Assembly: GCA_052327205.1 (NCBI GenBank) | Contig: CM126210.1 | Span: forward strand, 184,264,001-184,328,000 | Source: Somniosus microcephalus | Taxonomy: Eukaryota | Length of the DNA stretch: 64,000 bases | Reading direction: 5' to 3' | Shown: piece after piece, positions 12,817 to 23,973 of the stretch | Position numbering within the stretch: position 1 is the stretch's first letter | Layout: every line of letters begins with the position of its first letter | The notes under the pieces: generated by a model | What the model was told of the DNA's origin: nothing | The model's input: the letters and a program-made list of their open reading frames with translations, nothing else | Databases searched by the model: none | Made by a program: the position numbers and the translations under genes

Positions 12817-13757
12817 GCTCTGAGTGCTGGGGCAATTAGAATATGTAAATAATAATGGTGCTTTACCTGGTGAAAGGCCCTCTTCCCAAATCAGATTGTG
12901 GGAACGCCGGATTCGCTGGCTCCTAGGCTCACACAGTGATTTTGGCGCCAACATTCGGCAGACTGCAGCAGCTTGGCGTCGGCCAGAGCAGCCTGGTCCA
13001 GGTGGCTGTTTGGCACTAACTCAAGCACTGTTTCAGAGGCTGGCAGGAGAGCAGGAAAGCAGTCATCCTAACAGAGAACAGCATCTGCCTCTCCCATGCA
13101 GCCAATGCCAGTATTTGGGGCTGTGCTTCAGCACCCGCACTGCTCTGCGCAAGAACAGGAATGAGATAATGCTTTGGAAGATCTTTATCCCAACCTCTTC
13201 CAATTGGGGGAGGATGTAGATGAATGATCTCCCTCCTCCTATTCGCTTCTGCTCCCTTGTTGTCTGCCAACTTGTCTTGCCAGAAGAAAGGGAGTGTGTT
13301 AGTGTGTGGGCTGGTGAAAGTTGGTAAAAAGGCTGCTGTCAGGGTAGAGTAGTGTTGCTAGTGCATGGAAGATGGCACAGGGGCAAGGATGTGAGCGGCA
13401 AGGGGAGCAATTAAGAGGACAACAGACAAGAGGTGCAGAGTGTGCCAGTAGCAGCAGAGGTGGGTTAAGAGGAGTGTGCACCTGTGATTGGAGGAGAGTG
13501 ATGAGAAGTGGAGTAGGGAAGGCTTGTGAGTGCTGGGACTACAGATGGTGCAGGACTGAGGAGAGAGTAAAAAATATGAGTAGGAGTCTCACCTTAGCAG
13601 CTCTGGTGAGATCACTGAATTTGCTCTGGCATTGCATTCAGGTCCTGGGTGCAATGCTCCTGCCATTCACCTACCACTCCACCCCTGACCACTGTTCTTC
13701 TTCTTAGGCAGTCCCTCGGAAATGGGGATGACTTGCTTCCACACTAAAAATGAGTCC

Positions 13758-15929
13758 TCAGGTGGCTGAGGAGTCCAATGCGGGACCTACAGTCTCTGTC
13801 ACAGGTGGGGCAGACGGTGGTTGAAGAGGCGGGTGGGTGAGGTACTTGGGCTGACGTGTGCTCCTTCCACTGTTTGTGCTTGGCTTCCGTTTGCTCCCGG
13901 CGAAGAGACTCGAGGTGTTCGGCGCCTTCCCGGATGCTTCTCCTCCACTTTGTGCGGTCTCAGGCCAGGGATTCTTTGAGGGCGTCATTGAGGCATTTCC
14001 TCTGCCCACCTGGGGCTCTCTTGCCGTGTCAGAGCTCCGAGTAGAGCGCTTGTTTTGGGAGTCTCGTATCGGGCATGCAGATGATGTGGCCCGTCCATCG
14101 GAGCTGATCGAGCATGGTCAAAGTTTCGATGCTGGGGAAGTTGGATTGAGCGAGAACACTGACGTTGGTGCGCCTATCCTGCCAATGGATTTGCAGGATC
14201 TTGTGGAGGCAGCATTGGTGGTACCTCTCCAGTGCTTTGAGATGCCTGCTGTATGTGGTCCATGTCTCTGAAGCATACAGGAGGGCGGGTATCACTACTG
14301 CTCTGTAGACCATGAGCTTGGTGCTGGGTTTGAGGTCCTGGTCTTCAAACACTCTCTTCCTCAGGCGACCGAAGGCTGCACTGGCACATTGAAGGCGGTG
14401 TTGGACTTCGTCATCGACATCTGCCCTTGCTGACAGTAGGCTCCCGAGGTGTGGAAAGTGGTCCACGTTGTCCAAGGCCTTTGATAATCGGGGGGCAGTG
14501 CTGTGTGGCGGGGGCAGGTTGGTAGAGGACCTTTGTCTTACGGATGTTTAGTGTAAGGCCCATGCTCGCGTACGCTTCAGTGAAGGTGTTGACGCTTGTT
14601 TGGAGTTCGGCCTCAGAGTGTGCAGAGATGCAAGCGTCATCTGCATACTGTAATTCAATGACAGAGGATGGGACGACCTTGAATCTGGAGTGGAGGCGAT
14701 GGAGGTTGAACAGTTTCCCGTTTGTTCTGTAGATTGGCTCCACTCCAGCGGGGAGCTTACTGAGGGTGAGATGGAGCATTGCAGCCAGGAAGATCGAGAA
14801 GAGCGTTGGTGCAGTGACACAGCCTTGCTTGACCCCGGTTCGTACGTGAATTGGGTCTGTGGTGGATCTGTTGGTCAGGATCACGGCTTGCATGTCGTCG
14901 TGAAGCAGGATGGTGACAAACATTTGAGGGCAGCGGAATTTGAGGAGGACACTCCATAATCCCTCACGGTTGGCGGTGTCAAAGGCCTTTGTGAGGTCAA
15001 AGAAGGCCATGTACAGCGGTTGGTGCTGTTCCCTGCATTTCTCTTGTTGTTGATGTGTGGTGAAGATCATGTCCATTGTGCCACTTAGTGGGCAGAATTC
15101 ACATTGCGACCCTGGGAGGAGCTCTTCAGCCACTGGGAGAAGGCGATTGAGGAGAATTCTTGCGATTACTTTCCCTGTGGCAGACAGCAGGGAGACTCCT
15201 CTGTAATTACCGCAATCGGATTTGTCACCTTTCTTGAAGATGGTCACGATTACGACATCTCTGAGATCCCCTGGCATGCTCTCCTCCTTCCAAATAAGAG
15301 AAATGAGTTCATGTATTAGCGCCTCGACAGGGATTCCATCTGCCCCTGAAGCCTTGTTGTTCTTCAGTTGTTGGATGGCCTTTTCAAATTCATGCCGGGC
15401 TGGGGTTGTGCTGAGGTGGTGGCGGGTAGCATGCAGCGGGATGGAGTTGAGGACACTCGTGTCGAAGACAGAGTCTCGGTTAAAGAGATCTTCTAAGTGC
15501 TCCTTTCAGCGGGCACTGACTGCCTCTCTGTCCTTGATGAGTACCTCTCCATTCTTGGCCCACAGTGGGGTAGAACCTTGGGTGCTTGGGCCATAGGTGG
15601 TTTTGACTGCGCTAAAGAATCCATGCACGTCGTGGTTGTCGGCTAGCTGCTGGATCTCCAGCGCTTTCTCCACCCACCATCTGTTCTTAAGTCGTAAGTT
15701 TTTCATTGGACCTCGGCATTCAGGCGTCTGTAGAGCTGCTTTCTTGCTCTCGAGTTCTGTTGCTGTTTCCAGATCAGGAATGCCTTGCGCTTGCGTCTTA
15801 TTAGCTCTTGGATCTCCTGGTCGTTCTTGTTGAACCTGTCTTGGTGATCCCTGGTCAATTGACCGAGTGTCTCTTCACAGGTGCTGATTATGGAGGCCTT
15901 GAGTGCAGAGCAGGCGCTGTTGGCACTCT
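13758..15929 (-). pseudogene. RTE ORF, RT and C-terminal part, frameshifted
   Basis: Fragments 15506..15706, 14411..15277, 14029..14475. Confidence 0.9.
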
Positions 15930-16459
15930 GGGCAGGATTTTCATTGGGCCGTGGAGGTGGGATTGGAGGCGTGTGGGGGGTTAAAATTGCAAAAACTGGC
16001 AGGTGGGTCCAACCCCACCTCCATCCCACCTCCAAGCAATTTTCATTAATTCATGTCTAATGGTTCCGTCTCCGGCCCACCTCCAAGTCGCGGGATAGGC
16101 CGTTAACGCCCTTAACAAGCACTAAATTGCCTCTATAATGCCATTTTGAAAGGCCTTTGCGATTTTAAACCTTTTCCCACATGAAACACGCCTGTTCTGA
16201 AACACGACGGTGAAACCTGGCGGGAGCACAATTGGATTGCTGACTATCAGCTGCAGCTCAACCAGTAAAGAGGAGATTTGATCAGCCATCATTTGCAGGA
16301 GGCAGGACTTTTTTGTCTCAAGTCTGGGGGAACTTTTAGAAGGCATAACCACAGCTGTGGAAGTTTGGAGCCTGACACCCATCTCCAGTGTGACCTCCTG
16401 GGAAACACCTCTCGCCACCTTCACTGAGCACTTCCTCAACTGAGGCATACACCAGAAGC

Positions 16460-17695
16460 ATGGGAGCCATTTATTTCCTTCCCTTCTGGGCATTAGATGA
16501 GGACGAAGACCAGCCGCAGCACCAGCAGAACCAGGAACAACAGCACCAACAGCAGCAGCAACAACAGGAGCGCCAAGCTGCTGCTCACCCACCTGAAGCT
16601 GCACAGGCCGGAAGGGGCCAGCGCATGGGAGTCAGTCGGCGCAGGAGATACCCCCCAAACAGGGTCTACAGACACAGGGTCAGCTACCTCAACATGTCTG
16701 AGCAGCAGTGCCAAAGGCGGCACTGACTTTCGCGAGAAGTAGTGGGTGACATCTGCGCAATGCTGCAACAAGACCTGCAGGCCAGAGGACCAGGTGGACA
16801 ACCCTTACCAGTGGCCAAAGTCACCACCGCACTCAAATTTTTTGCCTCAGGCTCATTCCAGGGATCAGCAGCAGACATCAGCGTCATCTCCCAGGCAGCC
16901 GCACACACTTGCATCACGCAGGTAACCGATGCCCTCTTTGCCATCGCGCACAATCACATCCAATTCACCAAGGATCAAACAAGTGTCACAGCGCGTGCGG
17001 TTGGATTAGCTAATCTGGCAGGCTTTCCAAGGGTGCAGGGCATTGTTGACTGCACACATGTGGCCCTTAAGGCACCCCATCGCAATCCAGGTATTTTTGT
17101 CAACCGCAAGGGCTTCCACTCCTTTAACGTTCAGCTGGTGTGTGACCACAAGAAGGAAATTTTGCATGTTTATGCCAAGTACCCTGGCAGTTGCCATGAC
17201 TCCTTCATACTGCACCAGTCTAGTGTGCCTCCACTATTCAGTCCGCCAGACCAACTTAACGGATGGCTACTTGGAGACAAGGGCTATCCCCTGAAGACAT
17301 GGCTAATGACGCCGTTGAGGAGCCCATCCAATGAAGCTGAGGAGAGCTACAACTCCAGCCACATGTCCACCAGTGCGAAAATCGAGTAAACCATCAGTTT
17401 GCTGAAGATGTGCTTCAGATGCCTGGATAGATCAGGTGGAGCCCTGCAATACTCAGCAGCCAGGGTCTCCAGAATCGTCGTGGTTTGCTGTGCACTTCAC
17501 AACATGGCACAGCGTCGTGGCTTGCAGAGTCTTGAGGATGAAGTGGCTCGTCACATATCCTCCTCAGATGAGGAGGAGGAGGAGGAGAGCGAAAACGAAC
17601 ACCTTGCAGAGGCCCAACAACCAGCGGCAGCAGTATGCGAGAACATTGCTGCCAGGGATGCAAGGAACGCACTCATCTTGGCCAGATTTGCTTAG
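16460..17695 (+). pseudogene. H1 HARBI1-like DDE transposase; frameshift ~16725, TAA at 17387
   Basis: [51 protein letters not shown]. Confidence 0.92.
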
Positions 17696-17951
17696 CCTAG
17701 CCAATCAAGCACTTTTGCCTCGCAGCTTCTTACCCGAGCATCGACAATGGCCAAGGACCAGTGGATTCCTAGCAATTTGACCACCATACTGACAATTGCA
17801 AGTAATCCTAAGCCCTCAATGTGAAAGCCCCAATCGCGAAATGACACACGCCACAACTACAGCAGTAGCTATCAGATTTTTTATTTACATTATTCATCTG
17901 ATGGCTTTTTCACAGAAATCATCAAATTTCACCCAAGTGACTACCTTGTGA

Positions 17952-20181
17952 CTATTTATGTCGTATCTTCCTCTTACACATGCTCCTACGTGGTGCTTCC
18001 CCTGTGGCTTCAGCAGATGTGGAGGCCCCTTGCTCAATTTCCTGCTGCTCCTGTCTCAACACCTTTGGCAGGCATCCTCTGGGGTTGTGAGCCTGTGAGG
18101 GCTCGCCAACAGTCTGCTGCTCCTGCGGCTGTGCAGGGGTTGAGACGCCGATCTCAGTTGGGTGTGGACTCTGGTGGGGCTCTGACCAAGGGCTCTGCAG
18201 TGGCATGGTAGTGTGAGTGCTTGGAGAGGAGCCCCCACTTCCTTGATGTCTGCCACCAACCTCCCTCTCATGGGTCAGGTCCCTCTCAGTGCTTGAGAGC
18301 ACCTTGCTGCACATCAGGGAGGCCATGGGGACCCGTATCTGCACTGGCAGTCCTACTCAGAAGGACTTCCATGAAGGTCTGATTTCTCTGTTCAATAGCT
18401 GACCATTGCTCCTCCAGAGATGTCATTCTATTCTGAACTCACCATGTTTTCTGCACTCTGGCGACTTATCACCTCCATGGAGGTTGCCATCCTTTCCATG
18501 GTGATGCATTCATGCGCCAATGATTCCACAAAGGCTCTGCTCAAGTTCGCTATGGACTCCTCCATTCGCTCCACACTCGCAGTGATTCTGGAGACAAAAC
18601 CTGCCAGAGACCCCTGCATCTGTTCCTGGAGTTCCAGCACCGCTGATCTTATGGATGGACCCAGAGGCAGAGGGTCGACATGCAGCTGAGCCGAGCTGGC
18701 AGAGTCCTGCGCCCTCCGACTAGGACTCTCCATTGCTGTCCCTGTCTCCACAATCTGCTGATGCTCACTTGTGAGCTGTGATACACCAGGTGACAACACT
18801 ACTCTATGACCCGAAGGTCCCACCGAGGTGTGAGTGTCTGCGCTGGTGCTGGATGCACTGAATTCTGCTGACGCTGCGCCCTCAGAGGTTGCAGCTTCCT
18901 CTTGAGGCTCATGCTCTTCCTCCTGGCTAGTGGGGACGGGTGCTTGCGATGGTCCTTTGGGGGAGTAAAGGAAAGAGTCAGAGATGTAATGCCAAGGTTA
19001 CATGCACATTGCATATTGCAGATGATCATAAGTCCGTCTGTTAGAGCTTCAGAATCATTATCAGTGACTTATGCAATGTCAATGAGAGAGATGGAAAACA
19101 ATTCTGTCACCAGCTTGCTGTGATGCACCCCTCTGTCCGTCCCCCACTTGTGCATCTTCCTCCACTCCTACGATCTCCAGGACCGCCTACTCCCAGGGGG
19201 TGAAGTGGGCTACTGAGGGTGGCCCTCCTCCTGTCCTTGCTCTTTCTCGCTTATTGTGAGCTCTCTTTTCCTGCAATGAGGGAGACAAGTGGAGTTTGAG
19301 TGAGAATGAAGGAGTGAGTGTAGAGATTGCATAGCATAGATACTTAGAAGGAGACAAAGATGGAGTGAGGTTGCAAGACCAAGGGCCCTCCCTGTGTGTT
19401 GTCAGTTGTGTTCAAAGCATCAGAGTGATAGGGAGTGTGAGGGTTGCATAGTCGAATAGTTAGGTGAATGTGACCATAGAGAGAGAGGGAATGGGTAAGG
19501 GTGCATGGATGTCAGTGTCAAGTGGGATGCGGAGGAAGAGATTGCTAAAGCTGAGCGCTGGTGAGGAAAGGCAATGGGGATCAGATTGAGGGTGATGGGA
19601 AATTCATACTCACTTTTCCAGTGCGCAGAAGGTCATGAAATCTCTTCCTGCATTGAATCCAGGTTCTGTGGGTTACTGATAATGAGTTGACCTCCTCTGC
19701 CACCTAGATTCATGATGTGCCTCAATAATTCCGAGACTCGAAGTTAGCAGAACAAAAACAAGGCTTTTATTAACTTAGAACGTAACACGTAAGAGAGAGA
19801 GATGTCTTCCTTCTGGAGACTGAGGCCAGACTGAAACTAGCTTACAAACGGGGCCAGGTATGGGCGGAGCCCTACACACAGCACATTCCAGCACATTCCA
19901 GTATACAATACAGCACATTCCAGTACACAATACAATGAGGTCTGGGGGAAGGGAAATGACACTGAAACCGATCTCAGTCACAGGCAGTGGTGAATGGAAT
20001 ATTTCATCACAATTCACCCAGCCTTGGTCTGCTGGGGAGGCTTCTTCCTCCCTGAAGAAGGAAAGAGCACCTCTTTATGAGCTCTTGTTCCCTCAACTAA
20101 AGCCTGCAGGGCAACGTCATCAAACCTGGGAGCAGACCTAAGTCTCTCGCTGGTTATTCTTCCTCCAGGTCCCTGTAGCAT
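17952..20181 (-). pseudogene. H1 Myb/SANT-like gene, 3 exons, exon 1 split by solo LTR
   Basis: APRFDDVALQALVEG...VLFP, then WIQCRKRFHDLLR and GT donor; C-terminus ATGEAPRRS. Confidence 0.8.
19713..20011 (-). mobile_element. Solo LTR
   Basis: TG...CA ends; 5-bp TSD ATTCA/ATTCA; AATAAA on minus strand. Confidence 0.85.
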
Positions 20182-20436
20182 GAAAGGCCAACAGGTTGGC
20201 AGTCTGCAGAAGAAGCAAGGCTTGTTGCAGACCTTAAATGCAGCAGCAATGATGACGTCATCGGAGGCGACTTTCAGACTGGAAAAATTCATTTGCCATG
20301 GGTTCCCACACGTTGGAACTCAATCGGCCAACTAAGTTAAAATCGCATCAATCTCCCACATCGATTTCGATCCAGTTGGATAACATGAAATGCGGATTAC
20401 ATGACCCCAGCCCGCCCCTGAATTAAAATCCAGCCC

Positions 20437-21348
20437 TCTGTGTCTCTGAATCACTGGGAGTCATCAGGTTGGTTGTGAGGCGCAGGCTGAATAGACTTTC
20501 TTAGCGAGGTCTTTGAGTGCGCCAGCATTGATTTTCCTGTGGCATTGTTTCTGTTGCCGCCACTGTTTTGGGGCTACGTTGATGGAGATGACAGAGCGGA
20601 TTAGGCGGTGGTCTGTCAAGCAGTCGTCAGCTCCTGTCATGGTGCGGGTGAAGCGGGCGTCCTTGCGGTCCATCGCTCGGACGATGACGTAGTCCAGCAG
20701 ATGCCAGTGCTTGGAGCGAGGGTGTTGCCATTAAGCCTTGTACTTGTCTCTCTGACGGAACAAGGTGTTGGTTATGACAAGGCCATGTTCTAAGCATTTC
20801 GACAGGAGGAGAGTACAGTTGGAGTCGGCTTTCCCTACCCCCTCTCTGCCGATCACACCTCCCCAGAGGTCTGTGTCCTTTCCAACTCTGGCGTTAAAGT
20901 CGCCAAGGAGGATCAGCTTGTCGCTCGTTGGGACTCGGGACAGGGATTGTTCGAGGCTGGAGTAGAATTCCTCTTTGGTCTCATCTGTGGCTTCCAGTGT
21001 TGGGGCGTACGCACTGATGACCGTAGCGCACTGGTTCCGGGCTAGGGTGAGCCGTAGAGTCATGAGGCGTTCGTTTATTCCACGAGCTGTTAAACTAAAT
21101 CATTTTTTATGGCGAAGTCTACCCCATGGAGGCGGCATTATTCTTCAGTTTTGCCTTTCCAGAAGAAGGTGTAACCACCGCCTTGCTCCTTGAGTTGGCC
21201 TTCCCCTGCCCGCCAGGTCTCACTTAGGATGGTGAAGACAATGTCGAAACGTCTGAGCTCCCAGGCAACGATAGCAGTACGGCGTTCCGGCCTGTCGCTG
21301 TTGGAGTTGTCCATGAGGGTCCTGACGTTCCAGGTCCCGAACTTCATT
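20437..21348 (-). pseudogene. RTE ORF, APE endonuclease part
   Basis: Fragments 21138..21407, 20731..21063, 20464..20673. Confidence 0.9.
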
Positions 21349-21622
21349 TTAAAGGGTGGAAGATGCCTGTGCGTGAATTCTTTTAACGTGGGGTGGCCGT
21401 TGCACACCAGCTACCACACAGGCTTGACAGAGCAAGGTCTTGGTCAAATGGCAAGGGGATCCAAGATGATTGGAGATCAGGCTGTGCTACATCGGCCTAG
21501 CACACTCACACAAACATACTCCTACTGTCCTCCTCCCTCCTTCCCACAGGTCCTCTCTGCCTGGGTTTCATAGGCTGCAGTGTGGTCCTTCCGACCCCGC
21601 TGCTGGTCCACGCTGCACCACT

Positions 21623-22600
21623 CCTGGGCCTCGACCTTGCTGCTGGGCTCGTCCTCGCTCATGGGTCCCGTCCTCGCTCCTGGGCCTCGACCTTGCTGCT
21701 GGGCTCGTCCTCGCTCATGGGTCCCGTCCTCGCTCCTGGGCCTCGAGCTCGCTCCTGGGTTCCGTCCTCGCTCCTGGGCCCCGTCCTCACTCCTGGGCCC
21801 CGTCCTCACTCCTGGGTCCCAACCTCGCCCCTGGGTCTCGTCCTTGCCCCTGGGCCTCATCCTCGCTCCTGGGTCCCGACCTCGCCCCTGGGCCTCGAGC
21901 TCTCTCCTGGGCCCCAACCTCGACCCTTGGCCTCGTCCTTGCCCTTAGGCCCCCTCCTCGCGCCTAGGTCCTGACCTCGCTCCTTGGCCTCGAGCACTCT
22001 CCTGGGCCCCGACCTTGCCCCTGGGCCTCGTCCTTGCCCCTGGGTCCCGACCTCGCCCCTGGGTCCCGACCTCGCCCCTGGGCCCCGTCCTCACTCCTGG
22101 GCCCCGTCCTCACCCCTGTCCTCACCCCTGGGTCCCGACCTCGCTCCTGGGCCCCGATCTCGCCCCTGGGCCTCGTCCTTGCCCCTGGGCCTCGTCCTCG
22201 CTCCTGGGCCTCAAGCTCTCTCCTGGGCCCCGATCGCGCCCCTGGGCCTCGTCCTTGCCCCTGGGCCTCGTCTTCGCTCTTGGGTCCCAACCTCGCTCCT
22301 GGGCCTCGAGCTCTCTCCTGGGTTCCATCCTCGCTACTGGGCCCCCTCCTCGCTCCTGGGTCCCGACCTCGCTCCTGGGTCCCGACCTCACTCCTGGGTC
22401 CCGACCTCACTCCTGGGCCTCAAGCTCTCTCCTGGGCCCCGATCTCGCCCCTGGGCCTCGTCCTCGCTCCTGGGTCCCGACCTCGCTCCTGGGCCTCGAG
22501 CTCTCTCCTGGGTTCCATCCTCGCTCCTGGGCCCCCTCCTCGCTCCTGGGCCCCGTCCTCGCTCCTGAGCTTCGACCTCGCTCCTGGGCCTCGACCTCCT
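21623..22600. repeat. 19-bp GC-rich minisatellite (~50 units) in the RTE 5' region
   Basis: ctcctggg recurs at 21733, 21752, 21771 etc.; unit ~cgctcctgggcctcgtcct. Confidence 0.95.
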
Positions 22601-23973
22601 TATAGTGTGTCTCCTTCCAGTGAGTGTGACCCATGGTGTCTCCTTCCAGTGAGTGACTGACCACTGTTGCACGTGACTTGACTATACATCCTTCTGCCAT
22701 CAGAGGGAAATAGCAGCTCCACCCTTCTGTTGGCCTCCTGCTCCATCACCTTCGGTGCAGTGTTGAAGAACCCGGGGATGGGGGCCTTTGCTGCAGCACC
22801 TCTGCTTGCCATTTTTCACTGTGTAAAGATAAATCAGCTCACAGCAGCCAAAGTGTACCTCCCCTTTAAGAGGCACAGGCTCGCTTTCAATGGTGTCAGT
22901 GACACCCGATTTCCAGACCTCCCAATTGTTGAGCTGTCAATCAACAGTGCAAGGAACACTGGCAGTTCGCCAGCCATATTAAAATGAGGCACAGGCTCCA
23001 ATTTCACGCACGCCTCTCGCTCGGCTCTCATTTCAACACAACGCCGATTTTGCACCAGTTCCTGGCAATAACCAAATTTGTTGGCCGACATTAATACAAA
23101 ATTCCTTGATACAATATTCTATTGCTCAGCACTTTCTTTTGCTTTTTACATTTAGAAATTTAGAATTTGGTGCTTATTTTTGGGCTCAGAAATAAGGAAC
23201 TATTTATTGTGGAGTGGTATTCAAGGACTTCTATAATGGGGTCAGTGCTGGACTCATGCCACAAGTTGACTTGTCTTATCATGTTTCGTCTGAGTTTTGT
23301 AATGCTGCCATCGAGGCAGAATTGGACACGAGGTTTGGCTGCCTGAATGGGATCTGTAGGGCAGTCATTAGTTGTGGAAAGGATCTGGAAATTGTCTTTG
23401 TGTAAATACAGGGTCTTGATAGTTGAACAAAAAATGCAGTGTGAGAAGGGCAAGCTATATGACGTCAGTTAAGCTTTCTTGAGATAGGTCAACTTAACAG
23501 CTCACTGGAGAAAATAGCAAATGTTACTTCAATTAGGTAATCACATTGGTGCTCTGGAATCCATCATGCAATGTAAAAAGGTCAATTGCGGAGCACCAGG
23601 AGCTAAGACATATAGGAGGAAAAATTCAGTATCGCCCTGTTTGGGGCGCCGTTATCAGCCGTGCGCAAAATTTAGCGCCTGGCGCTAATTATCGCCTCCG
23701 ACAGCAAACTTGGCTTTTATTGCCCCTGGAGGTGATTGGAGCGCTAAATCAGCTGCAACACACCTCTCAAGGCGCTAAGGCCGAGGAGCGAGGCGCTACC
23801 TCAGAGGGCGGGTGCAGTGCAGGTACTGTCAGTTACCAGTTGAACACAGACACACTGGCGCTGGTCAGTTCTTAAAGGGGAGGGTCGATCTTGCTCTCCA
23901 GCCACACCCTGCTCATTGGAGCCTTGAATCTCGGCTTGGACAGACCTGTGGCTAAATCTTGCAGGCAAGGACT

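Larger units (their letters stand above)
15930..20436. mobile_element. Harbinger transposon H1
   Basis: TIRs GGGCAGGATTTTCA / TTAAAATCCAGCCC; TSD TCT/TCT; convergent transposase and Myb genes. Confidence 0.92.
13697..22656 (-). mobile_element. Full-length RTE-clade LINE, interrupted by Harbinger H1
   Basis: 12-bp TSD CTGACCACTGTT (13685-13696, 22657-22668); (AAG)n tail; GTWNVRTL, SAYAPT, LGDFNARVG, TDHRL, NYRGVSLLS, FFDLTKAFD, GVKQG, YADD. Confidence 0.93.
12662..23086 (-). mobile_element. Old internally deleted Harbinger (H0), Myb exon 1 split by the RTE insertion
   Basis: Myb exon 1 halves at 22669-22812 (MASRGAAAKAP...LLFPSDGRR) and 13593-13696 (...QCQSKFSDLTRAAK, then GT donor); weak TIRs; flanks aac/gac. 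Confidence 0.6.

Noticed and set aside
21470-22700. Many overlapping Pro/Arg/Gly-rich ORFs
   Set aside because: Artefacts of a stop-poor GC-rich 19-bp minisatellite
23200-23460. Very old CR1 RT remnant
   Set aside because: Only faint similarity (e.g. GKDLEIV); too degraded to call
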